Positions 11,701 to 23,065 of a stretch of DNA of 64,000 bases are shown here, piece after piece. This stretch comes from Chiloscyllium plagiosum (lineage: Eukaryota): the NCBI RefSeq assembly GCF_004010195.1, contig NC_057735.1, positions 11,224,441 to 11,288,440 of the forward strand, given 5' to 3'. The position numbers and the translations under genes are program-made. The stretch's first letter is position 1; each line of letters begins with the position of its first letter. The notes under the pieces are model-generated. The model worked only from the letters and a program-made list of their open reading frames with translations, was not told the DNA's origin and did no database searches.

Positions 11701-14700
11701 TGAATACTATGTTTGCCAATACAACATTTAACACAAGTATTTCACTTCCTACATTGTTTTTGGATGTCCTGAGGTCATAGAAGTCATTTTTAATATATTT
11801 CTTGCATCAATTAGCCAAGAATCGATTGTGAACAAACTTTTCTGTTTTCAATATCACAGTCTGATTTATATTTTGGTCGGTGTACTGGGGGCCATTCTGT
11901 TTGTTATTGCTCTACTTTTGTACCTGAGGCAAATCAAAAAGGGTGAGTTTTTATTTCTCTTCAATTATTTTGTTATATCTCAGCAGCTTATAGTTGCAAA
12001 TAAAAAGAATTTCAGGGTTGGATTTTCTAATGGCTAGATAGCTGATATTCCAGTACAGTCAGGAGCTGCTCAGAATCATAGAGTCATAGAGATGTACAGC
12101 ATGGAAACAGACCCTTCGGTCCAACCCGTCCATGCCAATCAGATATCCCAACCCAATCTAGTCCCACCTGCCAGCACCCGGCCCTTATCCCTCCAAACCT
12201 TTCCTATTCATATACCCATCTAAATGCTCTTAAATGTTGCAGTTGTCCTAGCCTCTACCACATCCTCTGGCAGCTCATGTACCATCCTCTGCATGAAAAA
12301 CTGGCCCCTTGGGTCTCTTTCATATCTTTCCCCTCTCACCCTAAACCTATGTCCTCCAGTTCTGGACTCCCACACCCCAGGTAAAAGATTTTGTCTATTT
12401 ACCCTATCCATGCCCCTCAAGATTTTGTAAACCTCTATCAGGTCACCCCTCAGCCTCTGGATGCTCTAGAGAAAACAGCCCCAGCCTGTTCAGCCTCTCC
12501 CTATAGCTCAAATCCTCCAACCCTGGCAACATCTTTGTAAATCTTATCTGAACGGTTTCAAGTTTTGCAACATCTTTCCGATAGGAAGGAGACCAGAATT
12601 GCACGCAATATTCCAACAGTGGCTTAACCAATGTCCTGTACAGCAGCAACATGACCTCCCAACTCCTATACTCAATACTCTGACCAATAAAGGAAAGCAT
12701 ACCAAACGTCTTCTTCACTATCCTATCCACCTGCGACTCCACTTTCAAGGAGCTATGAACCTGCAATCCTCTTTGTTCAGCAACACTCCCTAGGACCTTA
12801 CCATTAAGTGTATAAGTCCTGCTAAGATTTGCTTTCCAAAAATTCAGTACCTCACATTTATCTAAATTAAACTCCATCTGCCACTTCTCAGCTCATTGGC
12901 CGTTACACCTCCAATTTTGGTGTCATCTGCAAACTTACTAACTGTACCTCTTATGCTCGTATCCAAATCATTTATGTAAATGACAAAAAGTAGAGAGCCC
13001 AGCACCGATTCTTGTGTCACTCCACTGGTCACAGGCCTCCAGTCTGAAAAACATCCCACCACCTCCACACTCTGTCTTCTACCTTTGATCCAGTTCTGTA
13101 TCCAAATGGCTTGTTCTCCCTCCGTTCAGTGAGATCTAACTTTGCTAACCAATCTTCCATGGGGAACCTTGTCAAAAGCCTGACTGAACTCCATATAGAT
13201 CACATTTACTGCTCTGCCCTCATCAGTCTTCTTTGTTACTTCTTCAAAACATTTAATCAAGGTCGTGAGACATGATTTTCCACGCATAAAGCCATGTTGA
13301 CTTTCCCTTATCATTACTTGCCTTTCCAAATACATGTACATTCTGTCCCTCAGGATTCCCTCCAACAACTTGCCCAACACTGACGTCAGGCTCACTGGTC
13401 TATAGTTCCCTGACTTGTCCTTACCTCCTTTCTTGAACAATGGCACCATGTTAGGCAACCTCCAGTCTTCTGGCACCTTACCTGTGACTATCGATGACAC
13501 AAATATTTCAGTAACAGGCCCAGCAATCACTTTCCTAGCTTCCCGCAGAGTTCTAGGGTACACCTAATCAGGTCCTGGGGATTTATCCACTTTTATGCAT
13601 TTCAAGCCATCTAGCGCTTCCTCATCTGTAATATGGACATTTTTCAAGCTGTCCCTACATTCTATATCTTCCATATCCTTTTCCACAGTAAACACTAATG
13701 CAAAATACTTGTTTAGTATCTTCCACATCTCCTGTGGCTCCACATGTGGGAATTCTGCAGAATCTCCATCCTAACAGACGCCTGGAAAATTGAATGTTCC
13801 ACTTGGCAATTCCTCAACACCTGGGGCCACTCATTAAATTCAGAGATTACTCATAACTTTCTGTAAAATTGTTATTCAGTAAAAGTTTGACAAATAAATG
13901 CATGGTCTCACTTTGGAGTAATGATTCCACTAACCCCATACTTCCTTTACATACCCCGAACTATACATTCCCAAGATTCCTTCTACCCCTCAGACTCATG
14001 CTGGGAATCATGGGTGCAATAGTGATGGATGTAGTTCAGTACATGATTATGCACACTGCAAGGAGAAAGTGAGGACTGCAGATGCTGGAGATCAGAGCTG
14101 AAAAATGTGTTGCTGGAAAAGCGCAGCAGGTCAGGCAGCATCAAAGGAGCAGGAGAATCAACGTTTCGGGCATAAGCCCTCTTATGCCCGAAACATCGTT
14201 TCTCCTGCTCCTTTGATGCTGCGTGACCTGCTGTGCTTTTCCAGCAACACATTTTTCAGCTATGCACACTGCAATATGTGCTCAGTTTGAATATTTTAAA
14301 CATTCAGCATTCCTGTTAAAGTTGTTTGAACAACTGTATTGTAATGTTTCAGGGACATTCTGCATCATGTGTCATCAGAGAACTAAGAGTCTTAATGATG
14401 AACAGGTAAGAATAATAAATATTAACTTGCTGAATATTGTTTAGAAATTTGAAGAACATAGGATTTACAGCACAGAAATTAGCTATTTGGCCCATCTGCG
14501 ACATACTGGCTCTTTTGCTCCACACAAGACATCTCCCATGACTCTTCATCTAACCTTTCCAATTCCCGCTTCCAACTCCTGCTTTGTTTACGTGCTGATC
14601 AAATTATCTCTTAAATTTCACAATGCATCTTCACTCAATTCCCCCCTAGGAAAGAAAAAGGAGAGAGTTCAAAAGAAACCTTGTCATCTGAAGAGTGTCA

Positions 14701-15860
14701 GAAAGTGGAACTTATTGCCATTAGGGGTCCTTGAGGCAAATACTATGCTGGATAAGCACATGAGGGTGAAATGAATAGCAAGATATGTTGATGAGATTGG
14801 ATGAAAATGGATAGAGGAGGCTCAAGAGGAGAATTACTTTAGTACTGGGCTGCATTATACACTGGAAATAGAATCATAGAGTCAGAGAAATGTACAGCAC
14901 AGAAACAGACCCTTCAGTCCAACTCATCCCTGCCAGCCAGATATCTCAATCTAATCTGGTTCCATTTGCCAGCACTTGGCCCATATCCCTCTCAACCCTT
15001 CCCATTCATATGCCCATCCAGATGCCTTTTAAATGTTGCAATTATATCAGCGTTCACCACTTCCTCTGGCAGCTCATTCCATACACGCACCACCCTCTAC
15101 GTGAAAAGGTTGCCCCTTAGGTCTCTTTTATATCTTTCCCTTCTCACTCTAAACCTATGCCCTCTAGTTCAGAACTCCCCCACCCCAGGAAAAATACTTT
15201 GACTATTTTACCCTATCCACGCCCTATCCACGACCTTCATGATTTTATAAACCCCTGAGGTCACCCCTCAGCTTTCAACACTCCCTGGAAAACATCCCCA
15301 GCCTATTCAGCCTCTCCCCATAGCTCAAATTTTCCAACCCTGGCAACATCTTTGTCAATCTTTTCTGAACCCTTTCAAGTTTCACAACATCCTTCCGATA
15401 GGAAGGAGACCAGAACTGCAAGCAATAATAATTTATAATAACTTCTAATACTGTACATTGATTAAGAATAATCAAGAATTTGTTTTCTCTTCATAATAAT
15501 GCACATCACCATTCAAGTGAATGAAAAATACATTTTTTTCAAATTTAGGAATTGCCTTCAGTGGAAGAGAACTTGGTATATGCAAACATAAACTACATTC
15601 AAAGGAACACAGCAGAAAGACAGAGAGAGAGAGGAAGCAACTTGAATAATGATGAAATCACATACGCAGTGATGGCATTTCAAAAGAAATCTTCATCACT
15701 GAGAGGTGGGCTGGCAATGCACACAGGTGACAACTCAGACAGTGTCATCTACAGTGACCTCAACTTTCCAAACCAGCCACCAAAGGGGAATAAAAAAGCC
15801 CCAATGCACAACATCCCTCAGGAATCTGGAGGGGACGTTTATGCTGATATTGCTTTTTAG
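5386..15860 (+). CDS. Gene A: inhibitory-type CD300/pIgR-like (MDIR-like) receptor, V-C2-stalk-TM-ITIM tail; join(5386..5706,5838..6161,10360..10480,11860..11942,14353..14405,15549..15860); leader exon not seen in window
   Basis: All six exons have AG/GT ends and compatible phases (1-1, 1-1, 1-2, 2-1, 1-0, 0-stop), giving one open frame. Every exon has a paralogue in gene C. Confidence 0.88.
5838..6161 (+). CDS. Gene A exon: Ig C2-like domain (FCRL/PECAM-like)
   Basis: tttcccacag|AA GCC…; GGSVTVSCESARGSLPIHYTW…QYYCTASN…SEIVHVSV…NCSY; donor A|GTAAGT. Confidence 0.92.
7961..8805 (+). mobile_element. Young 5'-truncated CR1 LINE (ORF2 C-terminus plus 3' tail)
   Basis: ORF 8111..8728 (LVRPLVEYCLQFWSP…RRLRGDLIEVYKIM…TRGH…WNELP) followed by the tail ctctatgactcta. 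Confidence 0.9.
9137..9474. mobile_element. Penelope-derived fold-back insertion (family B) with internal tandem repeats of about 59 bp
   Basis: 15-bp TSD aaacattttctgaag at 9122-9136 and 9475-9489; inverted arms; repeated gctggaaaagcgcagcaggtcaggcagcatccaagg units. Confidence 0.8.
9385..9414 (+). ncRNA. Minimal hammerhead ribozyme core (family B), stem I disrupted
   Basis: CTGAAGA-A-GGGC-TTAT-GCCC-GAAA-CGTC-GA. Confidence 0.55.
10360..10480 (+). CDS. Gene A exon: Ser/Thr/Pro-rich stalk
   Basis: cccttgtttcaacag|GT GAA CAA TAT ACT TGT… = SEQYTCAVSSTTSPRTAHSPIITGSFSTSQNQSPGKNSHET; donor AC|GTATGA. Supplies the required phase 1-to-2 bridge. Same length in gene C. Confidence 0.85.
11860..11942 (+). 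CDS. Gene A exon: uncharged transmembrane segment
   Basis: atatcacag|T CTG ATT TAT… = LIYILVGVLGAILFVIALLLYLRQIKK; donor G|GTGAGT. Confidence 0.92.
12075..13742 (-). mobile_element. CR1 LINE (RT plus 3' tail), gene-A-specific insertion
   Basis: ORFs 13126..13563, 12862..13068 and 12443..12877 carry NYRPVSLTS, QHGF, KFADDTK. The empty site caggagctgcatgtggg is present in gene C at about 49146. Confidence 0.92.
14062..14260. mobile_element. Penelope-derived fold-back insertion (family B)
   Basis: 14-bp TSD tatgcacactgcaa (14048-14061 and 14261-14274); palindromic; empty site in gene C at about 49477. Confidence 0.85.
14353..14405 (+). CDS. Gene A exon: 53-nt juxtamembrane cytoplasmic exon with CxxC
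   Basis: tgtttcag|GG ACA TTC TGC ATC ATG TGT…CAG|GTAAG = GTFCIMCHQRTKSLNDEQ. Phase 1-to-0 is needed to put the last exon in the ITIM frame. Confidence 0.85.
14868..15425 (-). mobile_element. CR1 LINE 3' fragment, gene-A-specific
   Basis: CR1 3' tail plus LQFWSPSYRKDVVKLERVQKR; absent from the matching gene C intron (about 50215). Confidence 0.88.
15549..15860 (+). CDS. Gene A terminal exon: cytoplasmic tail with ITIM/ITIM-like motifs
   Basis: tttag|GAA TTG CCT…; LVYANI, ITYAVM, VIYSDL, DVYADI, then TAG. Confidence 0.92.
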   Translation, partial: ELPSVEENLVYANINYIQRNTAERQRERGSNLNNDEITYAVMAFQKKSSSLRGGLAMHTGDNSDSVIYSDLNFPNQPPKGNKKAPMHNIPQESGGDVYADIAF

Positions 15861-16228
15861 GAAAACCATGATGAGATATTTATACTGTTCATTTTTCCTT
15901 CTTACTTTGTATTGAATTTTGTCTATTGTAAGCTGTTATTGTAAGTTTGGTTTCCTCAGCAGATGGAATCAATTTAACTTTTATTCCCAAGTCTGGGTCA
16001 CTTGCATTAAATAACAAGAGCAGAAGTCTAAAAACCAAGGGGTTTGGCAACCCAATCAAGTCCCCATCTCCTGTCTCCCCTCACTCTAACCTCTGAGTCA
16101 CAGATTCCAGGTTCAAGTTTAAGTTTTTGTTCCACTCTCATCAGGACTAAGCCACAAAAAAACCAAACTTCAAAAGGGAATATCAATATAAACAGCATGA
16201 GAAGTGAGTGCAAATTGTTTGGATAATG

Positions 16229-16405
16229 TTAAAAATGACACAACACCAGGTTATAGTCCAACAGGTTTAATTGGGGCTACCAGCTGATGAAGGAGAGACG
16301 CTCCGAAAGCTAGTGTGCTTCCAATTAAACCTGTTGGACTATAACATGGTGTTGTGTCATTTTTAACTTTGTACACCCCAGTCCAACACCGGCATCTCCA
16401 AATCA
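16229..16405. mobile_element. Penelope-derived fold-back insertion (family A) with hammerhead motif at 16281-16315 (+)
   Basis: 13-bp TSD tgtttggataatg (16216-16228 and 16406-16418); empty site in gene C flank at about 51188; CTGATGA-A-GGAG…CTCC-GAAA-GCTA-GTG. Confidence 0.85.
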
Positions 16406-17842
16406 TGTTTGGATAATGGTTGACATGGAGATACAGCAGAAGCTGTTAACCAGCGAGCTTAACTGATTAAACTCAGACCAGCCAAGTAAGCTCTGATTGG
16501 TTAAGGCTGCAATGATTAGCAAAGTGCATGAGTCTCTCCTCAATTAAAGAGATGAGATGTACAGACATATTCATTTTTCCTGGAAAGAACAGGGCCCTCA
16601 GTAGTAATATATGTAATTTCTAGCCTGCACAAATGAATCATACTGCAAGCCCAGTGGATAATCTGAAACTGGTTTCCGGTGTGTTACTGTGCACAGGTGG
16701 GATTGTTCAATATTGTTCATCAGCAGCATCATGTCTAATGTTGGATATGTCACCCTGGGATTACAGTATGGGCTCGTTAACATGATTGGCTCACTGCTGG
16801 CCTGCAGTGTTGTCTGACATAGTCAGCCTACACCCTTGGCATCACAGTAACATTAAAGCTGGTATTCCACAGTGTTTCTGGATTACAACAATTGGGAAAT
16901 GGGACTGGTTGGACATTATTGGGTTGAAGAGAGATTTAACATGTGATTGCTGGAAAAGTGTCAAAGGTCAAGGCAAAATGCTTTTTTTAGCTGTGTACTG
17001 GAACAACAAATAATTTTGGGAAGTAGGCAACTTGAAACTTTTAAAAGAGATTGTATTTCTGGCCTAAATATCTGAACAAACTTGAAGAGAAATCCTCAGT
17101 CTTATCCTGTTGTCCGAATTTATCCCACCCAAAAAAACCCTTTGCAGAGCTGTGTGGTCTTCCCCTCTCTGTGTGTGAATCTGTGTTTGAGATTAAGAGG
17201 ATGTGGTTTAGTTGTTCACTGTTCTGCCAATTGATTTAAAAAAAGGTTTGTTTTAATAAACAAGTTATTTTTGGAGGAGGTCAAAAAAAACAAAAGGAAA
17301 GTCTCTTTTGTTTATAATAACTGTAATAAATAGAAAGAACTAAACCGTTTTAGTGAAAATGTGAAATACTAATGCATTTGGTATTGCTTGTGGAGCAGTG
17401 GGATTTTATTAACTCTACACTCTCCCCATCAGAACCGTAGCTGAGGTAAGAGGCTACACTCCCAAACCTATGGGCCATGATGTAGAGGTGCCAGTGTTGG
17501 ACTGGGGTGGACAAAGTCAGAAGTCACACGACACCAGGTTATAGTGCATCAGGTTTATTGAGATCACAAGCTTTCTGAGCGTTGGTCCTTCAGGTGAAGT
17601 CACCTGACAATGGGGCAGTGCTCTGAAACCTCTGGGCACAATCTTCTCTGCCCAGAGGTGGTAGGCCTGGAGTTAGCAAGTGACCTTTATTAGCTCGGAT
17701 GGTGGGGTACCTAACCCAGTCACTTCTCCACCCTTGATTGAATTTGGATCTCATCAGAAGGTCCAAGCTCCAACAACACCAACCCACCACCAACTGAGAC
17801 CCTTAAGTGCTCATTCAAGCTTCAAGTGCTCTTTCAGCTTCA

Positions 17843-18850
17843 GGAGAAAGTGAAGACTGCAGATGCTGGAGGCCAGAGTCAAAAAGTGTGACACTGGAAA
17901 AGCACAGCAGGTCAGGCAGCATCCGAGGAAGGAGAGTCAACATTTTAGGCAGAAGCTCTTCATCAGGAATGGAAGACACGGGCAGAAGTGTGTTGAGGGA
18001 TAAATAGGAGGGTGGGGCTTGAGCTGGGGCTGAGGGAGGGTAGCTCAGAAAGTGATAGGTAGATGCAGGTGGGAGGTGATGGTGATAGGTCAGAGGGGAT
18101 GGTGGAGCGGATAGATGGGAAGGAAGATGGACAAGTAGGACAGTTCAAAAGGGCAGTGCCGGGTTGGAGGATTTGATCTGGGATGAGGTGGAGGAAGGGG
18201 AGATGAGGAAACTGGTGAAGTGATCATTGATGCCGTGTGGTTGGAGAGTCTCTCATCTTTCGCTATCAACTGTCCCTTCATTCTTTCCCACACGCACGTG
18301 CGCACACACACACAAATCTATGGGGTGAATTTGCGTTTGCAGATTTGTATTTGCAGATATATTGTATTTTGTTCAAAAAGCACTCAATCTGGAGGCAGTC
18401 AGTCAATGTTAAATTTTATAAATTCCTGCTTTGGAAATAAAACTAATCTGACTCCAGGTTGGAACACAGACTCTATCCTCATACCTTTAATACATTGTCT
18501 GGGCAAAATGTCACTTTCTTTTATTTACTGATAAAACTTAAGATATATCAGGGCAGTGATGAGAGAACTTCTGGGATTTACATATTAATCAATTAAAACC
18601 TGTATCCCCATTCTACATGATTACAGACTGAGCAGCAATCTCAGTTTCTCTAATACATTGCACCAGTTGTGTGACACTTTGATCTTTTAATTATAAATCC
18701 TGTGCCCTATGTATCCTGCCCTACTGGCTACCTGACAAAGGAGTAGTGCTTTGGAAGCTTATATTTTCAAATAAACCTGTTGGACTATAACCTGGTGTTG
18801 TGTGATTTTCAGCTTTGTCCACCCCAGTCCAACAGCTGCCCACCATATCC
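17843..18850. mobile_element. Composite of Penelope-like terminal-repeat fragments (families B and A), degenerate
   Basis: ggagaaagtgaagactgcagatgctgg… head, purine-rich tract, degenerate CTGA…GAAA motifs, and aaataaacctgttggactataacctggtg end. Confidence 0.6.
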
Positions 18851-19564
18851 TGAATCTTCTTGCCAGTGGCTCATATCCAGCAGACAGTGAGTGCTGAGCC
18901 TGAGTCTGAATGACAGTTGTTCACCTCTCCAAGGAGACAGCTAGACATACGGCTCGGGATTGATAGTGATGGTTGATGCCTCCATCCCCATTGGTCCAGT
19001 TTAAGGACTGCCTCTGACATACCTACCTGCTGTGTTTGTGCTTGTCTCTGCATTTTCACAACTTCAATAAAATTATACCTGACAATTTTGAAGATTGAAG
19101 CCAATATCTTTATCCTGCTGCAATCACCTTTCCTTAGCCACTGACTCCTCCATCTCCCTGTCCAACAGAGCTCTCATCCATGATGTTGTGAGCTCCACAC
19201 TGAACTATTCCAACATCATTCCAGCTGGCCTTGAATCTTCCACCATGCATCAACTTACACTCATCCATATCTCTGCTCCAGCTTTACATCTTTGAAGGTG
19301 CTATATAAGTGCAACTTGCCATATTCACAAACACATTAACATGGCAAGGCTTTGAAAGAAATGAATGTGCTCCTCAGCTCACTGTATTTCGAAAGCTGCA
19401 AATCCACCTATATCATTCTGAAGCAGTTTGAACTTTTATCCCAGATGTTACAATCCAAATTAATTTCAATGGAATTGAATAATTTTAAACTTTTGTCAAA
19501 TTAAAATTTCAATCTTGTAAAATAGTTTTCCTCCCAAAATTACTTTATTTCTAAATATGTTTCA

Positions 19565-19665
19565 GTCTGCAGCATGCTGTGTGTGATTGGCTCATTGTAA
19601 ATGAACACACATTCAGTTTGGGCCCATTCCATTCAACCCTCAAACAGGTTCCTGGTCAATGAGGA
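19565..19665 (+). repeat. Upstream paralogous block 1 (matches 38350-38455)
   Basis: ctcattgtaaatgaacacacattcagtttgggcccattccatt…ggtcaatgaggaa is present at both sites. Confidence 0.85.
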
Positions 19666-19682
19666 ATGTCACTGAGAATTAT

Positions 19683-20144
19683 AGGATCCCTACAGTGCAG
19701 AAAGAGGCCATTTGGCCCATCTGAAGAACATCCCACCAGACGCAGAACCCCACTCTGTTCCCATAGCCACACATTTCACTTGGCTAACCCACCGAGCCTG
19801 TACATCCCTGAACTCAATGGACAATTTAGCCTGATCATTCAACCCAACCTGAATATCTTTAAAGCTAAAAATCACACAACACCAGGTTACAGTCTGACAA
19901 TTTCATCTGGAAGTGCATGCTTTTGAAGCGCTGCTCCTTCGTCAGGTAGACAGAAGAGTAGGATCGTAGAACATAAAATGTACAGCAAAAGATCTTTAGA
20001 AAGTATGAAGAAACTGTAGCACCTGGAGTAAACCCACACAGACAGGGAGAATGCTCAAAGTACACAGTCACCCAAGACTTGAACTGAACCCAGGGGTTAC
20101 TGGGACTGTGAGGCAGCAGTGCTAACCACTGAGCCACTGTGCTG
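19683..20144 (-). mobile_element. Degenerate HE1-like V-SINE interrupted by a family A fragment (about 19861-19997)
   Basis: tRNA-like head (reverse complement of gtggctcagtggttagcactgctgcctcacag) at the right end, CR1-type tail at the left. Confidence 0.7.
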
Positions 20145-20589
20145 TCCATTTTTGAGAAGTTGAGATGTAAAAAACAAGTTTCCACAGTTGTTGCATGTCT
20201 TGATGTTCATTGTGATTTGACACTCGAAGAAAAATGTGTGAATATTGTCAAGGAGGATGTGTGATGGATAGCCATGGATGTACAAAGAGAGTAAGTGTTA
20301 GTTGCTTTTGTTTGCAAATTGGAGAGAGAGCTGCCCTGGTACAGCACTTGCTGGAGGCTAATGTTGTGGGTCCTGGTCCATTTGAAGGACATTGTTGGAT
20401 GTGGATGGAACAAACAGTGGACAGATGTATCGGGGTCCGGCCTGAGCGGGATGTAAGTTATGAATCACAAAGAGGACAGGTGAAAGGGGAGAGAAGCTTT
20501 ATCGATTAATCTACAGGGAGATTCCAAAGGACCAGAAGAAGAGTTATCAATTACACTGTGCTATAAACTGGAGTTAAAGTTCCTACAGG

Positions 20590-22373
20590 AGGGGGGCACG
20601 AGAAAGGCTTGGCAGAACGGACTAGAGAGAACACAAAGGCATTTTACACTTATGTGAGGAATAAGAGAATGGTCAAAGAAAGAATAGGGCCGATCAGGGA
20701 TAGCATAGGTAACTTGTGTGTGGAGTCTGAGGAGGTAGGGGAAGCCCTAAATGAGTTTTTTGCTTCTGTCTTTACAAAAAAAAATAAACTTGTAGTGAAT
20801 GAAACCTTTGAAGAGCAGGTGTGCATGCTGGAATGGATAGAGACAGAGGAAGCTGATGTGCTAAAAAATTTGTCAAACATTAAGATTGACAAGTCGCCAG
20901 GCCCGGACCAGATTTGTCCTGGGCTGCTTTGGGAAACGAGAAATGCAATTGCTTCGCCACTTGCGAAGATCTTTTCATCCTCGCTCTCCACTGGAGTCGT
21001 ACCTGAGGACTGGAGATGGGCAAATGTAATTCCTCTCTTCAAGAAAGGAAATAGGGAAATCCCCGGCAATTACAGACCAGTAAGTCTCACGTCTGTCGTC
21101 TGCAAGGTGTTAGAAAGGATTCTGAGGGATAGGATTTATGACCATCTGGAAGAGCATGGTTTGATTAAATGCAGTCAACACGGCTTTGTGAGGGGCAGGT
21201 CATGCCTCACAAACCTTATTGAGTTCTTTGAGGATGTGACTAGAAACGTTGATGAGGATCGAGCTATGGATGAGGTGTATATGGACTTCAGCAAGGCATT
21301 TGATAAGGTTCCCCATGGTAGGCTCATTCAGACGGTCAGGAGGAATGGGATACAGGGGAACTTAGCTGTCTGGATACAGAATTGGCTGGTCAACACAAGA
21401 CAGCAAGTGGTAGTAGAAAGAAAATATTCTGCCTGGAAGTCAGTGGTGAGTGGTGTTCCACAGGGCTCTGTCCTTGGGCCTCTACTGTTTGTAATTTTTA
21501 TTAATGACTTGGATGAGGGAATTGAAGGATGGGTCAGCAAGTTTGCAGATGACACAAAGGTTGGAGGAGTCGTTGACAGCATAGAGGGCTGTTGTAGGCT
21601 GCAGCGTGACATTGACAGGATGCAGAGATGGACTGAGAGGTGGCAGATGGAGTTCAACCTAGATAAATGCGAGGTGATGCATTTTGGAAGGTCGAATTTG
21701 AAAGCTGAGTACAGGATTAAGGACAGGATTNNNNNNNNNNNNNNNNNNNNNNNNNNNNNNNNNNNNNNNNNNNNNNNNNNNNNNNNNNNNNNNNNNNNNN
21801 NNNNNNNNNNNNNNNNNNNNNNNNNNNNNNNNNNNNNNNNNNNNNNNNNNNNNNNNNNNNNNNNNNNNNNNNNNNNNNNNNNNNNNNNNNNNNNNNNNNN
21901 NNNNNNNNNNNNNNNNNNGAAGAGGGTTCAGAGGAGGTTTACCAGGATGCTGCCTGGACTTATCTTATGAAGAGAGGTTGACTGAGCTCGGACTTTTTTC
22001 ATTGGAGAAAAGGAGGAGGAAAGGGGACCTAATTGAGGTATACAGATAATGAGAGGCATAGATAGAGTCGATAGCCAGAGACTATTTCCCAGGGCAGAAA
22101 TGGCTAACCCGAGGGGTCATAGTTTTAAGCTGGTTGGAGGAAAGTATAGTGGGGATGTCAGAGGTGGGTTCTTTACACAGAGAGTTGTGAGAGCATGGAA
22201 TGCATTGCCAGCAGCAGTTGTGGAAGCAAGGTCATTGGGGACACTTAAGAGACTGCTCGACATGCATATGGTCACAGACATTTGAGGGTGCATACGTGAG
22301 GATCAGTGGTCGGCACAACATCATGGGCTGAAGGGCCTGTTCTGTGCTGTACTGTTCTATGTTCTATATTCTA
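20590..22373 (+). mobile_element. CR1 LINE ORF2 (RT) plus 3' tail; assembly gap 21731-21918
   Basis: ORF 20609..21970 with KSPGPD, NYRPVSLTS, QHGF, DFSKAFD, GVPQGSVLGP, FADDTK; tail ttctatgttctatattcta. Confidence 0.95.
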
Positions 22374-22519
22374 GCACTGAGCATTTTATATTGTCCAGGA
22401 ACTGTATGACAAATAGCTCAGGCGTCCAGAATATGTCACTCACTGTTACAGCAGGGACATTATACAGCTCTTCCAAAGGCTTTCGAAAACCTTGCTAGAC
22501 ACTTGGGATTGGCCTCCTC

Positions 22520-23045
22520 TGTCACTGGTAAAACCCCAGAGCCTGTGGGGAAAGCCCATTGTGAAACCACAACCCATACCTGCAGACACTGTAACACCCT
22601 CCTGGCACCCATTGCCTACAGCTCAGTAAAGAGGGAGAACTGTGTCACCTGTAGCAATATGTCTGCAGCCACGTTTGCGCAGCCACTGACAGAAATGCTC
22701 AGTGGAGAGACTTTCTGAAAAGGCAGGGAGGAGGCAGTTTTCTTAGAGCCCACGTCAGTGTTAATCAACAGGATATTGTGGTTGGCGCACTCTGGGTCAT
22801 TCATGGCTGTACTGAGAGTTTTCAGACCCAGCCCTTTGATCACAATCTCTGGGAAGGAAACCTCCTGGGACAGGCTCATGTCCATGTTGTGGGTGGATCA
22901 CTGCACCATTCCAGAGCAAATGGGACATCCATCCGAATGGGGGAGGGGCTTTGTGGCAGCTGCAGGTCCTGCAATTGTTTGTGTCAGAAGAACGGTCTTT
23001 TAAAAAGTACTGAGTGACCGTCTACCAGGATATGGATTTTGAAAT
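22520..23045 (+). repeat. Upstream paralogous block 2 (matches 38710-39535, where it is split by a SINE)
   Basis: ccagagcctgtggggaaagcccattgtgaaaccacaacccatacc…aacggtcttttaaaaa is collinear in both places. Confidence 0.88.
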
Positions 23046-23065
23046 GAGTTTGAATAAAAAATAAA

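Noticed and set aside
20609-21970. Longest ORF (453 aa) as a host gene or active retrotransposon
   Set aside because: It is a 5'-truncated CR1 RT fragment running through an N gap. No intact full-length LINE exists in the window.
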